DNA of 64,000 nt. Origin: a virus (taxonomy: Duplodnaviria > Heunggongvirae > Uroviricota > Caudoviricetes). Under the pieces are notes generated by a model. That model searched no databases, was not told the DNA's origin, and was given only the letters and a program-made list of their open reading frames with translations. Shown here one piece after another: positions 9,801 through 19,285 of this stretch. Each line of letters opens with the position of its first letter. Positions within the stretch are counted from its first letter, which is position 1. The position numbers and the translations under genes were made by a program. The stretch is taken from IMG/VR virus record IMGVR_UViG_3300013126_000009; one strand, given 5' to 3'.

Positions 9801-10877
9801 GCGCCATATCAATATTTTTGGACACTTCCAGATAACACACAATTTAATATATCTGGAAATACTAACCCAACATTAGATGCTGTTGACTTGGAAGACCTTT
9901 GCGGTGGGTCATATGTGTTAACAGTAGTTGACGCAAATGGTTTATCTTCAACAATCACTTTCATTGTCGGTGAACCACAACCAGTAACATGTGTAACTAA
10001 TGCAATACCAACATCAAATCAAGGGGCATCGGACGGAATAATCAATGTCAGCATATCTGGTGGAATAGGACCATACACAATGAACATCTCTCCAGACCCT
10101 AATAATATTTATCCATTTAGTAATTTGATTGCTGGAGAACAAATAATAGACAATTTACCAAGCGGTGTATATACTATTACAATAACCGATTCAAACGGTG
10201 AGAGTAGTACATGTACTGCTGAAGTTTTAGAACCACAAGGGTTAACGGTATTAATTAATCATTATTATAATGTCGGTAATATAAATAACCCTAATGACCC
10301 AACAGACCCAGATAACTACCTTTACAACAGTAATTCTCAAGATATTAATGGTGGTGTTGAAACTTATGTAACCTGTAATGGTGATACTGATGGTCAGATA
10401 AGGGCGTCAATCTTTGGTGGTGTACCACCTTATAATGCAACTTTATCAGACAACAACGGCCCAATACAAATAACACCAATTACCAGTTCAACACCAGCAC
10501 CATCATTTACATTTGCGCCACTTGTTGCTGGAACATATTATGTTACCATAACTGATAATGCTAATAATACGGTTGCAATTACAGTTATTGTTAGTGAACC
10601 ATCATTATTCAATGTTGGTGATACCAATAGCTTTACACCACCAACAATTACACCAACAACAATTAATGTAATTGTAACACCGTTCAACAATCAGAATGGT
10701 GGTGAACAGATTACATATTATTTATATGATAGTACTGGTAACACATTAATAGACCAAGCTACCGTCCAACAGGGTAATTATACCTTTACTGGCCTAACAT
10801 CTGGAACTACATATCAAATCGCTGCTCGTAATGAAGCTGGTTGTTATGCAACACCGATAACAGTAACCACATTATAG
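6813..10877 (+). CDS. large virion (baseplate/tail) protein with C-terminal SprB-like repeats
   Basis: 1354 aa; about three repeats of G-x-I-x-V...GG-x-x-PY...L-x-x-G-x-Y-x-V-T-(I/V)-x-D-x-N-G; Cys-rich middle. Confidence 0.7.
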   Translation: MSKTIRIRTTPNGDDKFIKINMEQDFDFVEILSLKISQKELYTTFCAGYGAIVGRVSINGGFGVPNAKVSVFIPVSELDRQNDKIFGLYPFETITDIGPNGLRYNLLSKDNQTNDDCFTPVGDFSDKRTFLDDDTMLDIYCEYYKFTTTSNAAGDYMIFGVPTGAQIMHVEADVSDIGIISQKPFDFVRKGSSEEVFESTTKFRGSEEDLDFNLQIIKQSPISVNVQPYWGDDDNCNVAITRRDIDLKAAITPQAIFMGSIFGDNEINSLSLTCKPRENMGTLNDQTTGTGKIEMVRETLSGNIERFDVGGGQLIDSDGTWAYQVPMNLDYRVTDEYGNLVPTDDPKKGIPTRAKVRFRIKMNITGGEGNLRERAAYLVPNNPINVGGLNTDFEFGPNTKKENLAELVWNGIYTVKNYIPRVQKSDTHPSSRSGDKIRNFIGIKDVDSARGKYTPFPYNHMTFETEALFGFICTLTIAFAGLISFINTGIISLLNIIISTINDVLDIFGIPLIDYIACITLECDNVPYAPGCCSSDSQQFPCTLPRADLGCDAAGNGVVCVGSEINVNDWNQTLPPGDAGYTKCIAISLAKDLNLFKFDFYNDWVNGTLYSPLFKVRVKDGDPNNLSYGPHKFCEWSNDGIPSNLSVNNDNNGTPDNTSYDDIFLVDTCFGIPLGCPNTTYPNCGELNLCNNQRPNNQGHRYIGQPYNIKHGLIVYYDENYYYAPYSKTNDEYLLATDIVTLGSSVKCHWLGLPSVYELFVDTTYKLPPYLDETDQNFTVSGMDNLSAQLSSNPCQDNLPPLSSLFFSVNCFFARTTNISCGNLRRQCELGVGFDETRGNTPPDDELTADDIDIRFTRNVFAWMNGYGLDGTPLNSLYTTPFSINTDFNNLPSCGNQVGDLDTLLNGLSYNRFRYGWVDSTQVGKMCDAFPQSLNSFYFYFGLNRNKTALAKMLAKYFAPCPVQDKPDFLILGDITDSTDLNNCNGEIDVTIQGGTAPYQYFWTLPDNTQFNISGNTNPTLDAVDLEDLCGGSYVLTVVDANGLSSTITFIVGEPQPVTCVTNAIPTSNQGASDGIINVSISGGIGPYTMNISPDPNNIYPFSNLIAGEQIIDNLPSGVYTITITDSNGESSTCTAEVLEPQGLTVLINHYYNVGNINNPNDPTDPDNYLYNSNSQDINGGVETYVTCNGDTDGQIRASIFGGVPPYNATLSDNNGPIQITPITSSTPAPSFTFAPLVAGTYYVTITDNANNTVAITVIVSEPSLFNVGDTNSFTPPTITPTTINVIVTPFNNQNGGEQITYYLYDSTGNTLIDQATVQQGNYTFTGLTSGTTYQIAARNEAGCYATPITVTTL

Positions 10878-10942
10878 GTTGACAACTTTATTTTTGTTAA
10901 ATTCATAATACATTATATTTACCATTATAGGTTAAATGTAAT

Positions 10943-12787
10943 ATGAGTAATGATAGAATAAGGTATAGGTTACAAAGTACAAATTCACAACTTAGTACTG
11001 ATACTGATACGTTTATTAAATTGAATTTGGAGGGTAGTAGACGTCTATTACCTAAAAATGATATTAATGAAACCGTGAATAGTGCTGAGGTCTTTAATAA
11101 TGAAAGACAAAAAAGTAAAAAATATCGTGTATTTGGTACCATAAAACCTTTAGTTAGTAATGTACTATTCAATCTAACCAGTAATTATAATCCAAGTACG
11201 GACTTTTCAGGTTCAGAATCCTATGGTTGGAACATATTTAACGACATAAAATTTAGAAAAGACCCAATTGACGATTATAATGATGATACTGGTCAATATA
11301 GTGGACTAACATTTGCACAATCGTATAAAAAATTCCTGAAAGAAAAAGATGGTTGGTTTGGTTTTTATAATCCAGATATTTTATTAACTGGTAATTGTGA
11401 TTTTTACACAATGGAACCTAAAAAAGAAAGATTTTCATTTAAACCGACATCAAATAAAAAATGGGAATTAACCGTAACATACCCATTTTCTGCGGATACA
11501 AAACACTTTTTAGTTGTAGGTGGACTGAAAATTATCGGTTATAATTCAGTAAGTATCGGTGGTCGCAACAGATACGCCTTTTCAACTGCTGTTAGACATA
11601 ATCTAAATCAAGGTGATTTGGTATTTATTTCTGGTCTAAATCCAACAACTGAAGATGGTTATTATCGGGTATTAAGGACTGGATTAGATGATGGGACAAT
11701 GAAAGAATATTATTTTTCAGTAGACATTGACCCTAACAATTTAAATGCAAACCCCGTTACTGGTGCTAGAATGGAAAGGGTTTTAGGTGGACGGGATAAC
11801 GGTTTTAAATCTAAATATTATTTACGATTATTTAAAAAAATAACAACCGTTAATATTAATATCAATAATGGTATTATTGAATCCGATGATTATGAAATTT
11901 ACCAAGCCGCCTTTTCACAAACGATATTCAATGATGAAGTTTGTCAGTTCGTATTCAATGAAGATATAGATGTAAGTAATATTGTTGATAATTTAGGTAG
12001 GCCTATAAGTGAAATGTTTTTAACGGTTGTTAAAACAAGGGATAATAATTTTTTCACACCAATACAAGCTGGTCTTGACTGCGGTAAAGTTTCTGGGATT
12101 TTTGATTACTATCCAAGTATACCAGATATAAGACAACTTAGAGACGGACCACAAACAGGATTAGACCCACAGTATCGCGATTCACCAAACCCACTGACCG
12201 CTAATGTTAACATAAACGACCAATTCTTTTATGGTGATTTGGTTGAATATAATGATTATGAGCTTATTGAACACACATTAGGTGTCGTTGGTCACAGATT
12301 CAATACAGAAAATCGTATTTCCAATGGAATAACAATAGGGTGTGGGTTTAGTAGTGGCGCAAAATGTATTGCTGGGCCAAGACATGAAGGCTATTTTTAT
12401 TATCCACACCATAGGATTAAAATAAGAGATTATTCTACATATATTGAACAAGGAAATGCTAATACCGTTGGTATACCTGATTATGCGACAAATCTAAATG
12501 ATGGCAATAATAATGAGGGTAGATGGATATGGCGCGATTTATTGGATATTGGCGTAAATGATGGTCAGCAAGAAACGCTGAATTATCCATTTTTAAATGG
12601 TGCGCATTATATGTATCAGAATTATTGTTTTCCAGTCAGGAGACAAGACCCATATGGTCAATATGATTTATATTATGGGTATGAAGAAGATACTAATGGT
12701 GGTCAAATTAATTTTGAACCATACGATATAGTTGGTGTCGGAATAACAAATAATTTTGATGTAAACTCTGCTGAAGATGCTTGTTGA
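10943..12787 (+). CDS. putative virion structural protein
   Basis: 614-aa ORF in the tightly packed late operon. Confidence 0.65.
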   Translation: MSNDRIRYRLQSTNSQLSTDTDTFIKLNLEGSRRLLPKNDINETVNSAEVFNNERQKSKKYRVFGTIKPLVSNVLFNLTSNYNPSTDFSGSESYGWNIFNDIKFRKDPIDDYNDDTGQYSGLTFAQSYKKFLKEKDGWFGFYNPDILLTGNCDFYTMEPKKERFSFKPTSNKKWELTVTYPFSADTKHFLVVGGLKIIGYNSVSIGGRNRYAFSTAVRHNLNQGDLVFISGLNPTTEDGYYRVLRTGLDDGTMKEYYFSVDIDPNNLNANPVTGARMERVLGGRDNGFKSKYYLRLFKKITTVNININNGIIESDDYEIYQAAFSQTIFNDEVCQFVFNEDIDVSNIVDNLGRPISEMFLTVVKTRDNNFFTPIQAGLDCGKVSGIFDYYPSIPDIRQLRDGPQTGLDPQYRDSPNPLTANVNINDQFFYGDLVEYNDYELIEHTLGVVGHRFNTENRISNGITIGCGFSSGAKCIAGPRHEGYFYYPHHRIKIRDYSTYIEQGNANTVGIPDYATNLNDGNNNEGRWIWRDLLDIGVNDGQQETLNYPFLNGAHYMYQNYCFPVRRQDPYGQYDLYYGYEEDTNGGQINFEPYDIVGVGITNNFDVNSAEDAC

Positions 12788-13637
12788 TAGATATCAAATA
12801 AGAATACCAAGACCAGAATCAAGCGCAACAACGTTGAACGTTCCGATTGACCTTACACCACAGATGGTTGACCAAGCGGAAATAATCGATAGAAAATTTG
12901 TTGAGGTTGAAGTTGAAAATGCAATAAACCCAATATTGGATTATGAGAAAGTTAGGTTTTTACCAGCAATAATTTCACCAAATGCAACCGCAACAACAGT
13001 AAACTTACCAGTTATTGAAATACAAACAGTAACATATCAAATAAATCTATTGGATAGTAACAATAACTATTTTTCACCATCAACAACATATGCCGATGCT
13101 GGATTTGATAATGATGATTTAAGATTTCGAAAGAATAGACTCATTAAATCATATCTCCGTTTGGATTTTTATGATTCTGACATTTTAACAGACCAAAGAT
13201 TGGTCGCCTCAATGTCAATAAACCCAAACATTACTTACGCTGACATACAACCAAACATAAGTGCATATCCAGTAGCAACAAATAAACAACTATGGCTTCA
13301 ATTAAAGAACCCACTAACCAATGACGAGGTTTTTGGTGAAGGTTTTTTCATATATTATTTTAAAGACGAGGTTGATATAAATCTACCAGAAATATTATAT
13401 ATGAGGGCAACATTCAATAATGCAAAGACAGGTATATCAAAGGGTTTAATGACAGATTCAACGCAAGTACCAATAGACCAATTGGTTGACCAATTACATA
13501 CCAGATATGTTCTACATAGAACACAAACTGGTTATTATTATGCTATTGATAGTCAATATAGTAATAATGTTATTTATGGGTCAATTATACCAACACCAAA
13601 TGTTACGGTACAATTATATGAAGTAAGAGTATCATAA
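12777..13637 (+). CDS. putative virion structural protein
   Basis: 286 aa; overlaps the upstream stop. Confidence 0.65.
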   Translation: MLVDRYQIRIPRPESSATTLNVPIDLTPQMVDQAEIIDRKFVEVEVENAINPILDYEKVRFLPAIISPNATATTVNLPVIEIQTVTYQINLLDSNNNYFSPSTTYADAGFDNDDLRFRKNRLIKSYLRLDFYDSDILTDQRLVASMSINPNITYADIQPNISAYPVATNKQLWLQLKNPLTNDEVFGEGFFIYYFKDEVDINLPEILYMRATFNNAKTGISKGLMTDSTQVPIDQLVDQLHTRYVLHRTQTGYYYAIDSQYSNNVIYGSIIPTPNVTVQLYEVRVS

Positions 13638-13638
13638 A

Positions 13639-14841
13639 ATGAAAGTATTAAGAAGAAAAATATTATTGGATGACCTTAAAACCTTTGAGGATGGTTTAGC
13701 ATATGGTACAATTACTGCCTCATCAATCTATATGAAGGTTGAAATGGTTCAGACGATTGATGATTTAGGTATGGTGACCGATTTACCATTTATACCAAAT
13801 GGTAGTGAATGTGCTCAGTTTGACGGTACTATAATTGTAACTAATGTTACATGTTATGACCCAAATTCACCAGCACCATCAAACGCATATATCAAACCAA
13901 CGGTATATGGTGGTCAACCACCTTTTACATATACATTTTATAACGGTTCAAATGGTGTTATTGATGTTATACAAACAAGTAATAATACATATACACTTTA
14001 TAACCAACCAGCTGGTACATATACGGTAACAGTTGAAGATAATCTTGGGTGTACAATAACATTAAGTGGAACATCTGAAAATATATCAGATGGCGTATCA
14101 CCAACAGGGTATGTAATATTAAGTGAACCATATGGTAATTTTCCAGCTAACACAGAGATACCATTTGAGAATATAATTGATGTGATTTCAGTTTGTGAAA
14201 CTGTGGATATTACACTAGGTGTTTATGATTATAATAATTATACTGAAGTTCTTTGGAGTACAGGTGAAGGTACAGAGCAAATTAATGTGACAAATAACGG
14301 CACCTACAGCGTGTCAGCATCAAATGGCGATTGCTATGGTCAATCACCATCAATCGATATATTTATTTATGCTGATAATGGTAGTCAGATATCTAATCAG
14401 TTGGTAATTGAACCACAGACGGATGTTTCTGGTCTACAAGGTAGTGGGACACAACAAGACCCATATATATTACCTTGTAATCCAGAAACGACAACAACTG
14501 ATAGATTTTTAGCTAGATTACAAAGTGGTATAAATCCAGCTAATTATAATTGTTTATCGGCTAATTGGTATTCAGAATGGCCAACAAACCCACATTATCT
14601 TTATTACGAAAGTCTATTATCACCACTTTCAATCAATCAAGGTCAACAACTAATAGCAAATCCAGAAGGATTTTCATTTGACTTTAGTCCAAATCAATGT
14701 CCTCCAGAATATCCATGTAGTATATTTTTACGGGCAACTGATTGTGGTTGTACCAATAGTGTATTAGCCGAAAGTAATAGAATTTGGGTGGCATATGGTA
14801 ATAGCAATGATTGTGAATTAAACGTAATAAATCGACAATAG
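13639..14841 (+). CDS. putative virion protein with one SprB-like repeat
   Basis: NVTC...GGQPPFTYTF...PAGTYTVTVEDNLGC and WSTG...I-x-V motifs. Confidence 0.65.
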   Translation: MKVLRRKILLDDLKTFEDGLAYGTITASSIYMKVEMVQTIDDLGMVTDLPFIPNGSECAQFDGTIIVTNVTCYDPNSPAPSNAYIKPTVYGGQPPFTYTFYNGSNGVIDVIQTSNNTYTLYNQPAGTYTVTVEDNLGCTITLSGTSENISDGVSPTGYVILSEPYGNFPANTEIPFENIIDVISVCETVDITLGVYDYNNYTEVLWSTGEGTEQINVTNNGTYSVSASNGDCYGQSPSIDIFIYADNGSQISNQLVIEPQTDVSGLQGSGTQQDPYILPCNPETTTTDRFLARLQSGINPANYNCLSANWYSEWPTNPHYLYYESLLSPLSINQGQQLIANPEGFSFDFSPNQCPPEYPCSIFLRATDCGCTNSVLAESNRIWVAYGNSNDCELNVINRQ

Positions 14842-14863
14842 CTATTTAAAATAAAATTATACT

Positions 14864-15583
14864 ATGCCGATAATATCATATAATACGCAAGATTTAATAA
14901 ACGACTTACAGTCGAGTGGGTTTACATTTCCATTTATGTTTGGAATAACACCACAAATGTTAAATCCAACATTTACCAATATATCAAACTCACCTTATAC
15001 AAGGTTTTCTGGTGCTACAGTAAACCAATGGTTTTTTTCTGGTGGATTTGTAAGTGGATTTACAAATGATAAACTTAATTTAGTTAGGTCTTATGATGCC
15101 GCTGACCTATATAATCCAGCAATAATAAATGATGCTGAAAATTACGTTAACTATTCTGGTGTTTCTATAAGTGGCGTTACCAAAGTCGTTGATGATGGTA
15201 ATCCTATAATCTATGCTGTTGATGCTGAAAGCCAACCACCATTTTTCCAAGTAATTGGTACCAATGCACAAACAACTGGTATAAGGTATAAAACATATTC
15301 CGATGAGACATACCCATTGGTTGATTTTGACAATAATATAACCTTAAAACCAAAAACTGAATTTAGATTTGTAAGTGAGGGTTGGAATGATACTAATGTT
15401 GATTTAAGAGCCTATATAAGACGAGAATACCTAATGGGTATAGTCAGTCCACCAGAAGTACAAAGCGATGTTTTTATTGATAGAGGTGCGACAACAGTAT
15501 TAGAAGACCATTTGATATTAGGTGAAATAAGAGGGTTGGACGCTTTACAAGATTATCGTAATGGTTATTTTAGATTTCAGTAG
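14864..15583 (+). CDS. putative virion structural protein
   Basis: 239 aa; TATTTA motif upstream (14843). Confidence 0.6.
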   Translation: MPIISYNTQDLINDLQSSGFTFPFMFGITPQMLNPTFTNISNSPYTRFSGATVNQWFFSGGFVSGFTNDKLNLVRSYDAADLYNPAIINDAENYVNYSGVSISGVTKVVDDGNPIIYAVDAESQPPFFQVIGTNAQTTGIRYKTYSDETYPLVDFDNNITLKPKTEFRFVSEGWNDTNVDLRAYIRREYLMGIVSPPEVQSDVFIDRGATTVLEDHLILGEIRGLDALQDYRNGYFRFQ

Positions 15584-15642
15584 TAAAATATTTGTTAAAT
15601 CACTATTTACAGATATAATAAGAAAATTTAAAACAAGTTTGA

Positions 15643-16569
15643 ATGTCAACAGGAGTTTATGGTATAAATAGACCAGCGGATGTAAGTCCATCAGATTGCG
15701 AAATATGGGTACATTATACACCAAGTAGAGATGTTGTTGGTAACACAACGGTTGCACAATTGAACCCACAACAGGTTCTTTTACAAATGGATAACCCAAA
15801 TAAAGTACAATCAAATGTAACGACTGGGTTTGAAGTCTTTGGTGGTATGTATACGCTGAAATTACCAGTTAACCAATTTAATCAAAAGGGTATCTATACC
15901 ATAATGATTAAACCTGTTGAAATTAGAACAAGAATTGTAGATTGTGGTGTATTATCAGCATTCCCAGATATTAAAGGTGTTTTATTTGATTTGGCTGCAA
16001 TACCAGCACAACACGTTAATAAGTTCGAAAACAATAACTTAATCGGTTATCGAATAGAATATTTAAATACAAATACTAACGTTGCTGACGTTAAAATACG
16101 TAATTTCTTTAAAGTTGTAACATCGAACAACAGAGCTGAACCAGTTAATCAAAACTTAACAAATACCAGCCAAAAAGCGATAAGATATAACTTTAACGAT
16201 AATTCTACTTTGGTATTCTGTACAGTATCACCAAGCTCAGCAACAAATGTTAAACCAAACGTTTTACCATTTATCGGCCAACCAAATCAAGAGGTTATAA
16301 TTACAAACACATTCTTTAACCCAATTATGCTTGAAATTGAGATGGTTGAACATGATATCGAAACATTAGCTTATGGGTTGTTTGCCAATCAGACCAAAAG
16401 TCTTGAAGATGGTATCTATACCATATACAATTTTGATAATCAGATTTACAAACAATATAACTTATTTGAAATCAAAGACCAATTCACTGGAAAACCATTA
16501 TTTGAGGTTAGAGAAGAGAGGGATAATATCGATTTCACTAAGACATTTGATAATATTGCTAACGTATAA
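15643..16569 (+). CDS. putative virion structural protein
   Basis: 308 aa; TATTTA upstream (15604); coupled to the next gene. Confidence 0.65.
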   Translation: MSTGVYGINRPADVSPSDCEIWVHYTPSRDVVGNTTVAQLNPQQVLLQMDNPNKVQSNVTTGFEVFGGMYTLKLPVNQFNQKGIYTIMIKPVEIRTRIVDCGVLSAFPDIKGVLFDLAAIPAQHVNKFENNNLIGYRIEYLNTNTNVADVKIRNFFKVVTSNNRAEPVNQNLTNTSQKAIRYNFNDNSTLVFCTVSPSSATNVKPNVLPFIGQPNQEVIITNTFFNPIMLEIEMVEHDIETLAYGLFANQTKSLEDGIYTIYNFDNQIYKQYNLFEIKDQFTGKPLFEVREERDNIDFTKTFDNIANV

Positions 16570-19259
16570 TGGCTCAAAACCCTAGAATACGAGTTAGCGG
16601 TTACGCACAGAAAATATTCTATAATGATGGTATAGAATATCGTAACTTTGCGGATAATCTTGTGGGTAACCAATTTGTCGAAGATGGTGGTACCGCACTA
16701 TTCACATTAGGTAATTTTGTCGTATCAACAAACCTACAACCACCTAATAGTTTCAATTATAATTTAGGGCGGTATAGCCAATTCTTCACGTTAAACGATA
16801 TTAATATATCAGATACTGAATTAGCAATACTATTAGATAATAATGCTAATGTTAGGCTTAGATTGGATGAATCAGATTTATTGACTCATGCTTATTTTGG
16901 TTCACTAACGGAATTCATTAGGGTTTCTCTTGAAAATATAATCACCAATTGGCCAGCTTCAATTTATATGAACCCAATCGCTACTAACGCAAACGGTAGT
17001 GAAACAGTAACATATACGGTAACAAATTATAGTTTTGACCCAATAACTCAAACCGCAACGTTCAATATACCTAATTTAGCAATAAATAATAATTACCAAT
17101 TAAATTATTTAATTAATGGTACTATATTGAATACTTTCAATGAAAGTAACCCATTACGTAATTTAACTGTAAATTACTTAAACTATGCTTTATTATTAAA
17201 TGATACGGAATATGATTTAGTCGGTTTTACTGGTTTAACAACATCTAATTCTGGTAGCCTTACTGTAAGGGTAAATGGTAATCCGTTCTATACAACTGGA
17301 AATACACAGAATCAATACCAAGTTTACCACATTAAACCTAACAAACTAAAGGTAGATACCTTCTTCAATGGGTTGAACGATTTTGAATCTAATTTATTAA
17401 ATACATTAATAAGACCAAGATATACCGCAACATTCAGATATCCAGTCCAAAGCGAAGATGGTGTTATATTATTTCAAACAACAACACTAACTTGGCCAAC
17501 ATCAGATGGTTATAATCTGGATTTTAACACACCAAACTATGAACAGTATGTTAATAGTCTCATAGAAATTTCTCAAAACAGCGATATTACCAAATCAGAC
17601 CTTATAACTAGATTCCTTACCAGTGATTCTATAAGTGATTTTGACACAATACCTATATTCTACGGTGATAGAGATGAAGAAGCTGACCAAAAAGTAACCA
17701 AATTATTAAGAATCTATGGTCGTGAATTTGATGATATAAAAAGATACATTGACGGTATTTCTTTCGCTAATGTTGTTTCATATAACCAAAGAAATAACAC
17801 ACCAGATATTGTGTTAAAGAATTTAGCAAGAACTTTAGGTTGGGACTTGATTTCAAGCGTGTTAGAGAACGATTTACTATCTAATTATGTTTCTACCAGT
17901 AGAACCAGTTATTCTGGCTTTACAAGGGGTTATACGCCTATTGAGTCTGAATATGAAATGTGGAGAAGAATAATATTGAATACGCCATATCTTTGGAAAT
18001 CAAAAGGTACTAGAAAAGCCATTGAATTCCTAACAAAATTCATTGGGGCACCGACTGGGTTAATGCAATTCAATGAACATGTATATGTTGCTGACAATGC
18101 GTTAAATGCTGACATCGTACAATCAGCGATAGATTTAAATGGTCTAAATACTGATTTAACATTATATAATATTGATAGTGACGGGTTTCCAAGAATATTA
18201 CCAGACACACCAGATATGTATTTCCAAAAAGGTGGTGGTTGGTATAGGGAAACTGGTGGTGGAAACGCCAGTAAATATATTTTAGCTGGTAATAACCCAC
18301 ATTCAGGTCCTTATGACAGAGGTCAGGCATATATTGACCAATTTAGAGGTCTTATCCCAAATTTCCAACCAGTTACGATTGTAAATGCTTCATACCAAAC
18401 TGGTACAACAACATTATTTACAAACTACAATCAAGGTACAATAAACAATTATACTGGTAACACGTATATTGATTTGTCAAGTGAGGGGTTCGACCTATCT
18501 GATTGTGTTGTGTTAAATACGTATGTTGTTCCAGACCCAAAACCGACAGATGAGATTACACCCTGCGGTTGTGATATTGCAACAAATGATAATAGCATAC
18601 AGATAGATGTAGTCTATTCATCACAAACATTTGACTGTCAATCATTAGGTATAACTTCTGCTGAAACAACCGAAAATGACAATTTATTAATAACGTATTC
18701 ATCAAATACACAGAGTGAATTCCTATTCCCAGAATGTTGTGAAAGTCAATATTTCGGCCAACCAATGGAATACTATCAACTTGAACAAATATCATTAGCT
18801 GATTATTATAATTTACCACAAAATGTTAGAGATTTACTACCATTAAGTTTAACTTATGGTGAAACTGGATATACTGTAAGTAATCGAGGTTACATTTGTT
18901 GTAGAACCAACCCAGAACTTTCAGAAGCATGCATTCAATATGCGACATGTAATTGGCGATTGGCTGGTAATTTCCCATTACCATCAATTAATACGGCATT
19001 AATATATATTGATGGCCAATCTTATTTGAAGTTTGTAACACCAAACGGTGATTTTAGAGTAACAACACCAAATGGCGCTCATTGTGTTGGAGAAACAGTA
19101 CCGACATCAGTAGTTGACCCGTTTACTAATGAACTTGGTTTTGGTTGTCAGGTTGATTGGAATTCACTTAATCCGTCTCAAAGGTTAACAATTGTAAGTA
19201 CTTACAATGGTAGATTTGTTGGTAGTATTAATTGTGGTGAAACGTTTGAAATTGAATAA
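16569..19259 (+). CDS. baseplate/tail protein (tail protein I-like segment)
   Basis: LKNLARTLGWDL...MWRRIILNTPYLWKSKGTRKAIEFL resembles P2 gpI-type wedge segments. Confidence 0.6.
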   Translation: MAQNPRIRVSGYAQKIFYNDGIEYRNFADNLVGNQFVEDGGTALFTLGNFVVSTNLQPPNSFNYNLGRYSQFFTLNDINISDTELAILLDNNANVRLRLDESDLLTHAYFGSLTEFIRVSLENIITNWPASIYMNPIATNANGSETVTYTVTNYSFDPITQTATFNIPNLAINNNYQLNYLINGTILNTFNESNPLRNLTVNYLNYALLLNDTEYDLVGFTGLTTSNSGSLTVRVNGNPFYTTGNTQNQYQVYHIKPNKLKVDTFFNGLNDFESNLLNTLIRPRYTATFRYPVQSEDGVILFQTTTLTWPTSDGYNLDFNTPNYEQYVNSLIEISQNSDITKSDLITRFLTSDSISDFDTIPIFYGDRDEEADQKVTKLLRIYGREFDDIKRYIDGISFANVVSYNQRNNTPDIVLKNLARTLGWDLISSVLENDLLSNYVSTSRTSYSGFTRGYTPIESEYEMWRRIILNTPYLWKSKGTRKAIEFLTKFIGAPTGLMQFNEHVYVADNALNADIVQSAIDLNGLNTDLTLYNIDSDGFPRILPDTPDMYFQKGGGWYRETGGGNASKYILAGNNPHSGPYDRGQAYIDQFRGLIPNFQPVTIVNASYQTGTTTLFTNYNQGTINNYTGNTYIDLSSEGFDLSDCVVLNTYVVPDPKPTDEITPCGCDIATNDNSIQIDVVYSSQTFDCQSLGITSAETTENDNLLITYSSNTQSEFLFPECCESQYFGQPMEYYQLEQISLADYYNLPQNVRDLLPLSLTYGETGYTVSNRGYICCRTNPELSEACIQYATCNWRLAGNFPLPSINTALIYIDGQSYLKFVTPNGDFRVTTPNGAHCVGETVPTSVVDPFTNELGFGCQVDWNSLNPSQRLTIVSTYNGRFVGSINCGETFEIE

Positions 19260-19285
19260 TAAACCTATTTATTGATAAAGACGAA

